NCBI GenBank assembly: GCA_040954595.2
Contig: CM082588.2
Coordinates: forward strand, 12,103,398 to 12,167,397
Length of the DNA: 64,000 nucleotides
Source of the DNA: Balanoglossus misakiensis
Taxonomy: Eukaryota; Animalia; Hemichordata
Direction: 5' to 3'
In this document: piece after piece, positions 11,801 to 26,751 of the stretch
Layout of the letters: every line of letters begins with the position of its first letter
How positions within the stretch are numbered: position 1 is the stretch's first letter
The notes under the pieces: generated by a model
The model's database searches: none
What the model saw: only the letters and a program-made list of their open reading frames with translations
What the model was told of the DNA's origin: nothing
Made by a program: the position numbers and the translations under genes

Positions 11801-14800
11801 AATATTGCAAATAATGTAATTTCTTACATCATAAATGGTATTCAAAGAATGGTCACATAACAGGCCATGCTTTACTAAAAAGACTTAATATGTATAGTTT
11901 GAAGGCTTTGTTTTGGAATAACGAATTCTCAACAAGATTTAAGTGGAATAGTCACAGAATGAAAACAAATATGGAAAGAGATATGCTGGAATGTTGTAAG
12001 GGATAGAATAATATTGCATAAAATTTAATTTCTTACATCATAAATGGAATTCAAAGAATGGTCACATAACTGGATATGTTTTACTAAAAAGACTTATGTA
12101 AAGGTTCAAGAATTTGTGTTGAAATACCAAATTCTCTACAAGATTTAAGTGGAACAGTCACAGAATGAAAACAAATATGGAAAGAGTTATGCTGAAATGT
12201 TGTAAGGGATAGAATAATATTGCATAAAATTTAATTTCTTACATCATAAATGGAATTCAAAGAATGGTCACGTAACTGGATATGTTTTACTAAAAAGACT
12301 TATGTATATGTTCAAGAATTTGTGTTGAAATACCAAATTCTCTACAAGATTTAAGTGGAACAGTCACAGAATGAAAACAAATATGGAAAGAGTTATGTCG
12401 GAATGTTGTAAGGGATAGATTAATATTGCAAATAATTTAATTTCTTACATCATAAAAGGAATTCAAAGAATGGTCACATAACAGGATATGTTTTACTAAA
12501 AGACTTATGTTATAGTTTCAAGGCTTTGTTTTGGAATAACGAATTCTCTACAAGATTTAAGTGGAAAAGTCACAGAATGAAAACAAATATGGAAAGAGTT
12601 ATGCCGGAATGTTGTAAGGAATAGATTAATATTGCAAATAATTTAATTTCTTACATCATAAATGGAATTCAAAGAATGGTCACATAACAGGCCATGTTTT
12701 ACTAAAAAACTTCTGTATAGTTTCAAGGGTTTGTGTTGAAATTCCGAATTCTCTCCAAGATTTAAGTGGAACAGTTACAGAATGAAAACAAATATTGAAA
12801 TAGTTATGCTGGAATGTTGTAAGGGATAGATTAATATTGCAAAAAAATAAATTTCTTACATCATAAATAGAATTCAAAGAATGGTCACATAACAGGCCAT
12901 GCTTTACTAAAAAGACTTATGTATAGTTTCAAGGGTTTGTGTTGAAATACCGAATTCTCTCCAAGATTTAAGTGGAACAGTCACAGAATTAAAACAAATA
13001 TGGAAAGAGTTATGCTGGAATGTTGTAAGGGATAGATTAATGTTGCAAAGAATTTAATTTCTTACATCATAAATGGAATTCAAAGAAAGGTCACGTAACA
13101 GGATATGTATAGTTTCAAGGCTTTGTGTTGAAATACCAAATTCTTTCCAAGATTTAAGTGGAACAGTCACAAAATGAAAACAAATATGGAAAGAGTTATG
13201 CTGAGATGTTGTAAGGGATGAATTAATATTGCAATAATGTAATTTCTTACATCATAAATGGTATTCAAAGAAAGGTCACATAACAGGATATGTATAGTTT
13301 CAATGCTTTGTTTTGGAATAACGAATTCTCTACAAGATTTAAGTGGAACAGTCACAGAATGAAAACAAATATGGAAAGAGTTATGCTGGAATGTTGTATG
13401 GGATAGATTAATATTGCAAATAATGTAATTTCTTACATCATAAATTGTATTCAAAGAAAGGTCACATAACAGGATATGTATAGTTTCAAGGCTTTGTTTT
13501 GGAATAACGAATTTCTACAAGATTTAAGTGGAACAGTCACAGAATGAAAACAAATATGGAAAGAGTTATGCTGGAATGTTGTATGGGATAGATTAATATT
13601 GCAAATAATGTAATTTCTTACATAATAAATGGTATTCAAAGAAAGGTCACGTAACAGGATATGTATAGTTTCAAGGCTTTGCTTTGGAATAACGAATTCA
13701 CTACAAGAATTAAGTGCAACAGTCACAAAATGAAAACAAATATGGAAAGAGTTTTGCTGGAATGTTGTAAGGGATAGATTAATATTGCAAATAATGTAAT
13801 TTCTTACATCATAAATGGTATTCAAAGAAAGGTCACATAACAGGATATGTATATTTTCAAGGCTTTGCTTTGGAATAACGAATTCACTACAAGAATTAAG
13901 TGCAACAGTCACAAAATGAAAACAAATATGGAAAGAGTTTTGCTGGAATGTTGTAAGGGATAGATTAATATTGCAAATAATGTAATTTCTTACATCATAA
14001 ATGGTATTCAAAGAATGGTCACATAACAGGCCATGCTTTACTAAAAAGACTTAATATGTATAGTTTGAAGGCTTTGTTTTGGAATAACGAATTCTCAACA
14101 AGATTTAAGTGGAATAGTCACAGAATGAAAACAAATATGGAAAGAGATATGCTGGAATGTTGTAAGGGATAGAATAATATTGCATAAAATTTAATTTCTT
14201 ACATCATAAATGGAATTCAAAGAATGGTCACATAACTGGATATGTTTTACTAAAAAGACTTATGTAAAGGTTCAAGAATTTGTGTTGAAATACCAAATTC
14301 TCTACAAGATTTAAGTGGAACAGTCACAGAATGAAAACAAATATGGAAAGAGTTATGCTGAAATGTTGTAAGGGATAGAATAATATTGCATAAAATTTAA
14401 TTTCTTACATCATAAATGGAATTCAAAGAATGGTCACGTAACTGGATATGTTTTACTAAAAAGACTTATGTATATGTTCAAGAATTTGTGTTGAAATACC
14501 AAATTCTCTACAAGATTTAAGTGGAACAGTCACAGAATGAAAACAAATATGGAAAGAGTTATGTCGGAATGTTGTAAGGGATAGATTAATATTGCAAATA
14601 ATTTAATTTCTTACATCATAAAAGGAATTCAAAGAATGGTCACATAACAGGATATGTTTTACTAAAAGACTTATGTTATAGTTTCAAGGCTTTGTTTTGG
14701 AATAACGAATTCTCTACAAGATTTAAGTGGAAAAGTCACAGAATGAAAACAAATATGGAAAGAGTTATGCCGGAATGTTGTAAGGAATAGATTAATATTG

Positions 14801-17800
14801 CAAATAATTTAATTTCTTACATCATAAATGGAATTCAAAGAAAGGTCACGTAACAGGATATGTATAGTTTCAAGCCTTTGTTTTGGAGTAACGAATTCTC
14901 TACAAGATTTAAGTGGAACAGTCACAGAATGAAAACAAATATGGAAAGAGTTATGCTGAAATGTTGTAAGGGATAGATTAATATTGCATAAAATTTAATT
15001 ACTTACATCATAAATGGAATTCAAAGAATGGTCACATAACAGGATATGTTTTACTAAAAAGAATTATGTATAGGTTCAAGAATTTGTGTTGAAATACCAA
15101 ATTCTCTACAAGATTTAAGTGGAACAGTCACAGAATGAAAACAAATATGGAAAGAGTTATGTCGGAATGTTGTAAGGGATAGATTAATATTGCAAATAAT
15201 TTAATTTCTTACATCATAAATGGAATTCAAAGAATGGTCACATAACGGGCCATGTTTTACTAAAAAGACTTATGTATAGTTTGAAGGCTTTGTTTTGGAA
15301 TAACAAATTCTCTCCAAGATTTAAGTTGAACAGTTACAGAATGAAAACAAATATGGAAAGAGTTATGCCGGAATGTTGTAAGGGATAGATTAATATTGCA
15401 AATAATTTAATTTCTTACATCATAAATGGAATTCAAACAAAACGTCATGTAACACGATATATATAGTTTCAAGGCTTTGTTTTGGAATAACGAATTCTCT
15501 ACAAGATTTAAGTGGAAAAGTCACAGAATGAAAACAAATATGGAAAGAGTTATGCCGGAATGTTGTAAGGAATAGATTAATATTGCAAATAATTTAATTT
15601 CTTACATCATAAATGGAATTCAAAGAAAGGTCACGTAACAGGATATGTATAGTTTCAAGCCTTTGTTTTGGAGTAACGAATTCTCTACAAGATTTAAGTG
15701 GAACAGTCACAGAATGAAAACAAATATGGAAAGAGTTATGCTGAAATGTTGTAAGGGATAGATTAATATTGCATAAAATTTAATTACTTACATCATAAAT
15801 GGAATTCAAAGAATGGTCACATAACTGGATATGTTTTACTGAAAAGAATTATGTATAGGTTCAAGAATTTGTGTTGAAATACCAAATTCTCTACAAGATT
15901 TAAGCGGAACAGTCACAGAATGAAAACAAATATGGAAAGAGTTATGTCGGAATGTTGTAAGGGATAGATTAATATTGCAAATAATTTAATTTCTTACATC
16001 ATAAATGGAATTCAAAGAATGGTCACATAACGGGCCATGTTTTACTAAAAAGACTTATGTATAGTTTCAAGGCTTTGTTTTGGAATAACGAATTCTCTCC
16101 AAGATTTAAGTTGAACAGTTACAGAATGAAAACAAATATGGAAAGAGTTATGCCGGAATGTTGTAAGGGATAGATTAATATTGCAAATAATTTAATTTCT
16201 TACATCATAAATGGAATTCAAACAAAACGTCACGTAACACGATATATATAGTTTCAAGGCTTTGTTTTGGAATAACGAATTCTCTACAAGATTTAAGTGG
16301 AACAGTCACAGAATGAAAACAAATATGGAAAGAGTTATGCCGGAATGTTGTAAGGAATAGATTAATATTGCAAATAATTTAATTTCTTACATCATAAATG
16401 GAATTCAAAGAAAGGTCACGTAACAGGATATGTATAGTTTCAAGCCTTTGTTTTGGAGTAACGAATTCTCTACAAGATTTAAGTGGAACAGTCACAGAAT
16501 GAAAACAAATATGGAAAGAGTTATGCTGAAATGTTGTAAGGGATAGAATAATATTGCATAAAATTTAATTTCTTACATCATAAATGGAATTCAAAGAATG
16601 GTCACATAACTGGATATGTTTTACTAAAAAGACTTATGTATAGGTTCAAGAATTTGTGTTGAAATACCAAATTCTCTACAAGATTTAAGTGGAACAGTCA
16701 CAGAATGAAAACAAATATGGAAAGAGTTATGTCGGAATGTTGTAAGGGATAGATTAATATTGCAAATAATTTAATTTCTTACATCATAAATGGAATTCAA
16801 AGAATGGTCACATAACGGGCCATGTTTTACTAAAAAGACTTATGTATAGTTTTAAGGCTTTGTTTTGGAATAACGAATTCTCTCCAAGATTTAAGTTGAA
16901 CAGTTACAGAATGAAAACAAATATTCAAATAGTTATGCTGGATTGTTGTAAGGGATAGTTTAATATTGCAAATAATTTAATTTCTCACATCATAAATGAA
17001 ATTCAAAGAATGGTAAAATAACGGGCCATGTTTTACTAAAAAGACTTATGTATAGTTTGAAGGCTTTGTTTTGGAATAACGAATTCTCTACAAGATTTAA
17101 GTGGAATAGTCACAGAATGAAAACAAATATGGAAAGAGTTATGCTGGAATGTTGTAAGGGATAGATTAATATTGCAAATAATTTAATTTCTTACATCATA
17201 AAATGAATTCAAAGAATGGTCACATAACAGGATATGTTTTACTAAAAGACTTATGTTATAGTTTCAAGGCTTTGTTTTGGAATAAAGAATTCTCTACAAG
17301 ATTTAAGTGGAACAGTCACAGAATAAAAACAAATATGGAAAGAGTTATGCTGGAATGTTGTAAGGAATAGATTAATATTGCAAATAATTTCATTTCTTAC
17401 ATCATAAATGGAATTCAAAGAAAGGTCACGTAACAGGATATGTATAGTTTCAAGCCTTTGTTTTGGAGTAACGAATTCTCTACAAGATTTAAGTGGAACA
17501 GTCACAGAATGAAAACAAATATGGAAAGAGTTATGCTGAAATGTTGTAAGGGATAGAATAATATTGCATAAAATTTAATTTCTTACATCATAAATGGAAT
17601 TCAAAGAATGGTCACATAACTGGATATGTTTTACTAAAAAGACTTATGTATAGGTTCAAGAATTTGTGTTGAAATACCAAATTCTCTACAAGATTTAAGT
17701 GGAACAGTCACAGAATGAAAACAAATATGGAAAGAGTTATGTCGGAATGTTGTAAGGGATAGATTAATATTGCAAATAATTTAATTTCTTACATCATAAA

Positions 17801-20800
17801 TGGAATTCAAAGAATGGTCACATAACGGGCCATGTTTTACTAAAAAGACTTATGTATAGTTTCAAGGCTTTGTTTTGGAATAACGAATTCTCTCCAAGAT
17901 TTAAGTTGAACAGTTACAGAATGAAAACAAATATTCAAATAGTTATGCTGGATTGTTGTAAGGGATAGTTTAATATTGCAAATAATTTAATTTCTCACAT
18001 CATAAATGAAATTCAAAGAATGGTAAAATAACGGGCCATGTTTTACTAAAAAGACTTAATATGTATAGTTTGAAGGCTTTGTTTTGGAATAACGAATTCT
18101 CTACAAGATTTAAGTGGAACAGTCACAGAATGAAAACAAATATGGAAAGAGTTATGCCGGAATGTTGTAAGGAATAGATTAATATTGCAAATAATTTAAT
18201 TTCTTACATCATAAATGGAATTCAAAGAAAGGTCACGTAACAGGATATGTATAGTTTCAAGCCTTTGTTTTGGAGTAACGAATTCTCTACAAGATTTAAG
18301 TGGAACAGTCACAGAATGAAAACAAATATGGAAAGAGTTATGCTGAAATGTTGTAAGGGATAGATTAATATTGCATAAAATTTAATTACTTACATCATAA
18401 ATGGAATTCAATGAATGGTCACATAACTGGATATGTTTTACTAAAAAGAATTATGTATAGGTTCAAGAATTTGTGTTGAAATACCAAATTCTCTACAAGA
18501 TTTAAGTTGAACACTTACAGAATGAAAACAAATATGGAAAGAGTTATGCCGGAATGTTGTAAGGGATAGATTAATATTGCAAATAATTTAATTTCTTACA
18601 TCATAAATGGAATTCAAAGAATGGTCACATAACAGGATATGTTTTACTGAAAAGACTTATGTTATAGTTTCAAGGCTTTGTTTTGGAATAACGAATTCTC
18701 TACAAGATTTAAGTGGAACAGTCACAGAATGAAAACAAATATGGAAAGAGTTATGCCGGAATGTTGTAAGGAATAGATTAATATTGCAAATAATTTAATT
18801 TCTTACATCATAAATGGAATTCAAACAAATGTCACGTAACAGGATATGTATAGTTTCAAGGCTTTGTTTTGGAATAACGAATACTCTACAAGATTTAAGT
18901 AGAACAGTCACAGAATGAAAACAAATATGGAAAGAGTTATGCTGGAATGTAGTAAGGGATAGATTAATATTGCAAACAATTTAATTTCTTACACCATAAA
19001 TGGAATTCAAAGAAAGGTCGCGTAACAGGATATGTACAGTTTCAAGCCTTTGTTTTGGAATAACGAATTCTCTACAAGATTTAAGTGGAACAGTCACAGA
19101 ATGAAAACAAATATGGAAAGAGTTATGTCGGAATGTTGTAAGGGATACATTAATATTGCAAATAATTTAATTTCTTACATCATAAATGGAATTCAAAGAA
19201 TGGTCACATAACGGGCCATGTTTTACTAAAAAGACTTATGTATAGTTTCAAGGCTTTGTTTTGGAATAACGAATTCTCTCCAAGATTTAAGTTGAACAGT
19301 TACAGAATGAAAACAAATATGGAAAGAGTTATGCTGGAATGTTGTAAGGGATAGATTAATATTGCAAATAATTTAATTTCTTACATCATAAAATGAATTC
19401 AAAGAATGGTCACATAACAGGATATGTTTTACTAAAAAGACTTATGTATAGTTTCAAGGCTTTGTTTTGGAATAACGAATTCTCTCCAAGATTTAAGTTG
19501 AACAGTTACAGAATGAAAACAAATATGGAAAGAGTAATGCCGGAATGTTGTAAGGAATAGATTAATATTGCAAATAATTTAATTTCTTACATCATAAAAT
19601 GAATTCAAACAAACGTCACGTAATAGGATATGTATAGTTTCAAGGCTTTGTTTTGGAATAACGAATACTCTACAAGATTTAAGTAGAACAGTCACAGAAT
19701 GAAAACAAATATGGAAAGAGTTATGCTGGAATGTTGTAAGGGATAGATTAATATTGCAAAAAATTTAATTTCTTACACCATAAATGGAATTCAAAGAAAG
19801 GTCACGTAACAGGATATGTATAGTTTCAAGCCTTTGTTTTGGAATAACGAATTCTCTACAAGATTTAAGTGGAACAGTCACAGAATGAAAACAAATATGG
19901 AAAGAGTTATGTCGGAATGTTGTAAGGGATAGATTTATATTGCAAATAATTTAATTTCTTACAGCATAAATGGAATTCAAAGAATGGTCACATAACGGGC
20001 CATGTTTTACTAAAAAGACTTATGTTATAGTTTCAAGGCTTTGTTTTGGAATAACGAATTCTCTACAAGATTTAAGTGGAACAGTCACAGAATGAAAACA
20101 AATATGGAAAGAGTAATGCCGGAATGTTGTAAGGAATAGATTAATATTGCAAATAATTTAATTTCTTACATCATAAAATGAATTCAAACAAACGTCACGT
20201 AATAGGATATGTATAGTTTCAAGGCTTTGTTTTGGAATAACGAATACTCTACAAGATTTAAGTAGAACAATCATAGAATGAAAACAAATATGGAAAGAGT
20301 TATGCTGGAATGTTGTAAGGGATAGATTAATATTGCAAAAAATTTAATTTCTTACACCATAAATGGAATTCAAAGAAAGGTCACGTAACAGGATATGTAT
20401 AGTTTCAAGCCTTTGTTTTGGAATAACGAATTCTCTACAAGATTTAAGTGGAACAGTCACAGAATGAAAACAAATATGGAAAGAGTTATGTCGGAATGTT
20501 GTAAGGGATAGATTAATATTGCAAATAATTTAATTTCTTACATCATAAATGGAATTCAAAGAATGGTCACATAACGGGCCATGTTTTACTAAAAAGACTT
20601 ATGTATAGTTTCAAGGCTTTGTTTTGGAATAACGAATTCTCTCCAAGATTTAAGTTGAACAGTTACAGAATGAAAACAAATATGGAAAGAGTAATGCCGG
20701 AATGTTGTAAGGAATAGATTAATATTGCAAATAATTTAATTTCTTACATCATAAAATGAATTCAAACAAACGTCACGTAATAGGATATGTATAGTTTCAA

Positions 20801-22431
20801 GGCTTTGTTTTGGAATAACGAATACTCTACAAGATTTAAGTAGAACAGTCACAGAATGAAAACAAATATGGAAAGAGTTATGCTGGAATGTTGTAAGGGA
20901 TAGATTAATATTGCAAAAAATTTAATTTCTTACACCATAAATGGAATTCAAAGAAAGGTCACGTAACAGGATATGTATAGTTTCAAGCCTTTGTTTTGGA
21001 ATAACGAATTCTCTACAAGATTTAAGTGGAACAGTCACAGAATGAAAACAAATATGGAAAGAGTTATGTCGGAATGTTGTAAGGGATAGATTTATATTGC
21101 AAATAATTTAATTTCTTACAGCATAAATGGAATTCAAAGAATGGTCACGTAACAGGATATGTATAGTTTCAAGCCTTTGTTTTGGAATAACGAATTCTCT
21201 ACAAGATTTAAGTGGAACAGTCACAGAATGAAAACAAATATGGAAAGAGTTATGTCGGAATGTTGTAAGGGATAGATTAATATTGCAAATAATTTAATTT
21301 CTTACATCATAAATGGAATTCAAAGAATGGTCACATAACGGGCCATGTTTTACTAAAAAGACTTATGTATAGTTTCAAGGCTTTGTTTTGGAATAACGAA
21401 TTCTCTCCAAGATTTAAGTTGAACAGTTACAGAATGAAAACAAATATGGAAAGAGTTATGCTGGAATGTTGTAAGGGATAGATTAATATTGCAAATAATT
21501 TAATTTCTTACATCATAAAATGAATTCAAAGAATGGTCACATAACAGGATATTTTTTACTAAAAAGACTTATGTATAGTTTCAAGGCTTTGTTTGGAATA
21601 ACGAATTCTCTCCAAGATTTAAGTTGAACAGTTACAGAATGAAAACAAATATTCAAATAGTTATGCTGGAATGTTGTAAGGGATAGTTTAATATTGCAAA
21701 TAATTTAATTTCTTACATCATAAATGAAATTCAAAGAATGGTCAAATAACGGGCCATGTTTTACTAAAAAGACTTAATATGTATAGTTGAAGGCTTTGTT
21801 TTGGAATAACGAATTCTCTACAAGATTTAAGTGGAACAGTCACAGAATGAAAACAAATATGGAAAGAGTTATGTCGGAATGTTGTAAGGGATAGATTAAT
21901 ATTGCAAATAATTTAATTTCTTACAGCATAAAATGAATTCAAACAAACGTCACGTAATAGGATATGTATAGTTTCAAGGCTTTGTTTTGGAATAACGAAT
22001 ACTCTACAAGATTTAAGTAGAACAATCACAGAATGAAAACAAATATGGAAAGAGTTATGCTGGAATGTTGTAAGGGATAGATTAATATTGCAAAAAATTT
22101 AATTTCTTACACCATAAATGGAATTCAAAGAAAGGTCACGTAACAGGATATGTATAGTTTCAAGCCTTTGTTTTGGAATAACGAATTCTCTACAAGATTT
22201 AAGTGGAACAGTCACAGAATGAAAACAAATATGGAAAGAGTTATGTCGGAATGTTGTAAGGGATAGATTAATATTGCAAATAATTTAATTTCTTACATCA
22301 TAAATGGAATTCAAAGAATGGTCACATAACGGGCCATGTTTTACTAAAAAGACTTATGTATAGTTTCAAGGCTTTGTTTTGGAATAACGAATTCTCTCCA
22401 AGATTTAAGTTGAACAGTTACAGAATGAAAA
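5861..22431. repeat. Satellite DNA array, left arm; 186-bp and ~206-bp monomers
   Basis: Uninterrupted head-to-tail copies of ...GAATTCTCTACAAGATTTAAGTGGAACAGTCACAGAATGAAAACAAATATGGAAAGAG... The 62-aa periodicity of the minus-strand ORFs equals 186 bp. The long form carries an extra TTTACTAAAAAGACTTATGT (e.g. spacing 6334 to 6540 = 206). Confidence 0.98.
10455..14842. repeat. Near-perfect 2166-bp tandem duplication (about 11 monomers) within the satellite
   Basis: Identical ORF translations offset by exactly 2166 (10514/12680, 11001/13167, 11285/13451). Private variants recur at the same offset. Confidence 0.9.
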
Positions 22432-23644
22432 TTAAAGCTGCAAGCAGCGTTGGCGGGGCACAAGCGGTTCCCATGGTGACCAGCAAATGCCACGGCTGTA
22501 TCTGCTGGGGATACCAATATATGGGAAAGTAGGTCAAAGGTCACCTGAGGTCACCCAAAATTTGGGCAAAAAAATTGGACCCCATAATAGTCTAGATCCA
22601 ACAAAAAACCAGACCCCTAGCCCTATTGGTTCGCCTGCAATTAGGTATGCACATAATTAATGAAGTCTTGTGTAAGACTCCATTATGTGCTCAATCCCCA
22701 TAAAAGCCAGGGCTCTAACTGCTCTGGATGCTGAGATATGGGAAAGTAGATCAAAGGTCACCCAAGGTCACCCAAAATTAGGGCATAAAATTTTGACCCC
22801 AGAGTGGGCCATGTCCAACCAATACCAGACCTCTAGCCCTATTGGGTAGCATGGAATTAGATATGCAGAAAAATGATGTTTCAGAAATAGGTCAAAGGTC
22901 ATTGTCAAAATTACCAAAATATTTGTGTCATGTCCTGGCAGCATTGGTACCCATGTCCACAAAATTCATGACTTTGGTGCTTTGACAAGAGGAGGTATGG
23001 GGAATATGCATATATAATTAGTTGTTTTAAAACTGGGTCAAAGGTCATGTGAAAATTGCCCCGAAAAATTGTGACAACTTCCGGTCATATGATGACTCAT
23101 ATCCCAAAAAAGTATTTCCATGCTGTCAACATTTTGGCTACAAAACGGAATTATCACTTTTCAATGGTTTTCCGAAAATCCAACATGGCCGCCATAATGA
23201 TCGACCAATCACAGTGCGCTTCGCAAACTTGATAGACATAGGTTAGGTGACCACATATCCCAAATCCCGAGACTCGGTAACCGCTGGTTCTGGAGAAGAA
23301 GATTTTTAAAGTTTTAAGTAGTTTTTCAGAAAAACAATTGTAGCAAAAAAACTTTATGTATGACGTCATGATTTTAATGGGGTAAAATGATGGACATAAG
23401 GTAGGCTACCTGCACACCAAATTTGAACTCGATCGGCCCAGTGGTTTTAGAGAAGGACTCATTTAACGATTTTCAGGAAATCCAATATGGCCGCCAGGTC
23501 ACGTGACTAATTAAATATTCACGAGCCACTGCACGTCTACTCATTGGCCCCTACCACCCTACCAAGTTTCAGCCCCCTAGGTGCTGCGGTTTTCCAGATC
23601 TACCTGGCCGAATTTCTCGGAAGAAGAAGAATAATAAAGAAGAA
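22432..23644 (-). mobile_element. HINE-like element 1 body (outermost); cap at 34105-34160
   Basis: Variant subTIR GGGGCACAAGCG (22455-22466) is matched only by the last hairpin (CGCTTGTGCCCC, 34147-34158). Body ends in a GAA/TAA microsatellite. Confidence 0.85.
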
Positions 23645-25320
23645 TTAAAGCTGCAAGCAGCATTGTCCGGGCCCAAGCTCTATTATCTGATCAGATTATT
23701 AGATATGCACATAATTAATGAGTAGAAACATAATGCTGTGTTTTATCCCATGAAATATCAAGGTTATATCTATGTTTGGTGCTGATATAATGTTAAGTAG
23801 GTCAAAGGTCCCCTGAGGTCACCCAAAATTTGGGCAGAAAAATTTGACCCATAGTGGTCCATGTCCAACAAAAACCAGACCTCTAGCCCTTTTGGTTAGC
23901 CCGGAATTAGGTATGCACATAAATAATGAGTTAAGCAGGTGTCACAGGTGACCCAAAACTTTGGCTTTTAATTATGGCCCCATACCTCCAAACGCCAAGG
24001 CTGTATCTGCTGTGGATGTCGAGATATGCAAAAGTAGGTCAAAGGTCACCAGAGGTCACCCAACATTTGGGCAAATTTGTTTGACCCAATACTGGTCCAT
24101 GTCCAACAGAAACCAAACCTCTAGGTCTATTGGTTCATCTGGAATTAGGTATGTGCATATTTAATGAGGTCAGCAGAGGTCACAGGTGACCCTAAACTGT
24201 GGCTTTTCATTATGGCCCCATATATCCAAATGCCAAGGCTGTACCTGCTTTGGATACCAAGATATGCAAAAGTAGGTCAAAGGTTATCCGTGGTCACCCA
24301 ACATTTGGGTAAAATATTTTGACCCCGTACTGATCCATGTCCAAAAAAACCCAAACCTCCAGGTCTATTGGTTCATCATGAATTAGGTATGCGCATATTT
24401 AATGCGGTCAGCAGAGGTCAAAGGGGTCATGAAAAGTAGCAAAATTGTTTGATCACATACAAATCCACATACATCAAAAACCAAACTTGTAGCCCTATTG
24501 GTTAGCCTGGAATTAGATATGCAGAAAAATGATGTGTCAAAAGTAGGTCAAAGGTCTTTGCCAAAATTACCAAAATATTTATAGCTTATTCTTGTCATAT
24601 GATGATTCATATCCATAAAAAGAATTTCTGTGCTATCAATTTTTAGGCTAGAAAGGGAATTTTTACTTTTTAATCGTTTTTCACAAAATCCAATATGGCC
24701 GCCATAATCTTCGACTAATCACATTCTTCTTCGCAAACTTGATAGACATCTGTTTAATGACCACACACACCAAATCTTGTGACTCGGTTATCGCCGGTTC
24801 TCGAGAAGAAGATTTTTGAAATTTTACTAGGGTTTTTCGAAAATCCAATATGGCCGCCATAATCTTCGACCAATCACAATGATCTTCGCAAACTTGATAG
24901 ACATCAGTTAGTTGACCACATACCCCAAACCCCGTGTCTCGGTTATCACCGGTTCTAGAGAAGAAGATTTTTGAAATTTAAGCCAGATTTCAGAAAAAAA
25001 ATTGTAGCAAAAAAACTGCAACATTGACAGCATAATTTCCAATTACAAAAATGTTTGACAGAAGGTAGTCTACCTGCACGCCAAATTTGAAGTCGATCTG
25101 ACTTGTAGTTTCTGAGATCTGAGATTTGCATTTTTTCAGAAAATCCAAGATGGCCGCCAGGTCATGTGACTAATTAAAAATTCATGGGTTCAATGCACGA
25201 CTACTCATTGACCTTGACCACTGTAGCAAGTTTGAGAACTGTACCTGCAGTGGTGTCTGAGATCTAGAGCGACAAAGAAATGACAGAAGAATATAGAAAG
25301 AAGAAAGAAAGAAAGACAGA
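23645..25320 (-). mobile_element. HINE-like element 2 body; inferred cap 34051-34104
   Basis: TTAAAGCTGCAAGCAGCATTGTCCGGGCCCAAGC start, three ~237-bp subrepeats, ends GAAAGAAAGACAGA. Confidence 0.8.
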
Positions 25321-26751
25321 TTAAAGCTGCAAGCAGCATTGTCCGGGCCCAAGCTCTATTAACTGATCTGATTATTAGATATGCACGTAATTAATGAGTA
25401 GAAACATAATGCTGTGTTTTATCCCATGAAATATCAAGATTATATCTATGTTTAGTGCTGATATAGTGTTAAGTAGGTCGAAGGTCACCCAGAGGTCACC
25501 CACAATTTGGGCAGAAAATTTTGACCCATAGTGGTCCATGTCCAACAAAAAACAGACCTCTACCCCTTTTGGTTAGCCCGGAATTAGGTATGCATATAAA
25601 TAATGAGTTAAGCAGGTGTCACAGGTGACCCAAAACTTTGGCTTTTCATTATGGCCCCATACCTCCAAACGCCAAGGCTGTATCTGCTGTGGATGCTGAG
25701 ATTTGCGAAAGTACGTCAAAGGTCACCAGAGGTCACCCAACATTTGGGTAAAAAATTTTGACCCCATACTTGTCCTGTCCAACAAAAACAAAACCTCTAG
25801 GTCTATTGGTTCGCCTGTAATTAGCTATGCACATAATTAATTAGGTCAGCAGGGGTCAAAGGGGTCATGAAAAGTAGCAAAATATTTTGATCACACACTA
25901 ATCCACATACAACAAAGACCAAACTTATAGCCCTATTGGTTAGCCTGGAATTAGATATGCAGAAAAATGATGCGTCAAAAGTAGGTCAAAGGTCATTGCC
26001 AAAATTACCAAAATATTTAAAGCACATTGTAGTCATATGATGATTCATATCCATAAAAAGAATTTCTGTGCTATCAATTTTTAGGCTAGAAAGGGAATTT
26101 TTACTTTTTAATCGTTTTTCACAAAATCCAATATGGCCGCCATAATCTTCGACCAATCACAATGCTCTTTGCAAACTTGATAGACATCTGTTTAATGACC
26201 ACACACACCAAATCTTGTGACTCGCTTATCGCCGGTTCTTGAGAAGAAGATTTTTGAAATTTTACTAGGGTTTTTCGAAAATCCAATATGGCCGACAAAA
26301 TCTTCGACCAATCACAATGATCTTCGCAAACTTGATAGACATCAGTTAGGTGACCACATACACCAAACCCTGTGTCTCGGTTATCACCGGTTCTGGAGAA
26401 GAAGATTTTTGAAATTTAAGCCAGATTTCAGAAAAAAAATTGTAGCAAAAAACTGCAACTTTGTCAGCATAATTTCCAATTACAAAAATGATGGACAGAG
26501 GGTAGTCTACCAGCATGCCAAATTTGAAGTCGATCTGACTTGTAGTTTCTGAGATCTGAGATTTGCATTTTTTCAGAAAATCCAAGATGGCCGCCAGGTC
26601 ACGTGACTAATTAAAAATTCAAGGGTTCAATGCACGACTACTCATTGACCTTGACCACTGTAGCAAGTTTCAGAAGTGTACCTGCAGCGGTGTCTGAGAT
26701 CTCGTGGGTCAAAGAATTGACACAAGAATAAAGAAAGAAAGAAAGAAAGTA
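25321..26751 (-). mobile_element. HINE-like element 3 body; inferred cap 33998-34050
   Basis: Same terminus, two ~237-bp subrepeats, ends GAAAGAAAGTA. Confidence 0.8.

Noticed and set aside
5958-14011. Long minus-strand ORFs (436, 350, 186 aa) with 62-aa repeats
   Set aside because: They are translations of the 186-bp monomer (divisible by 3) in the edge subfamily, where one substitution removes a stop. They break at 206-bp monomers, and there is no gene structure.
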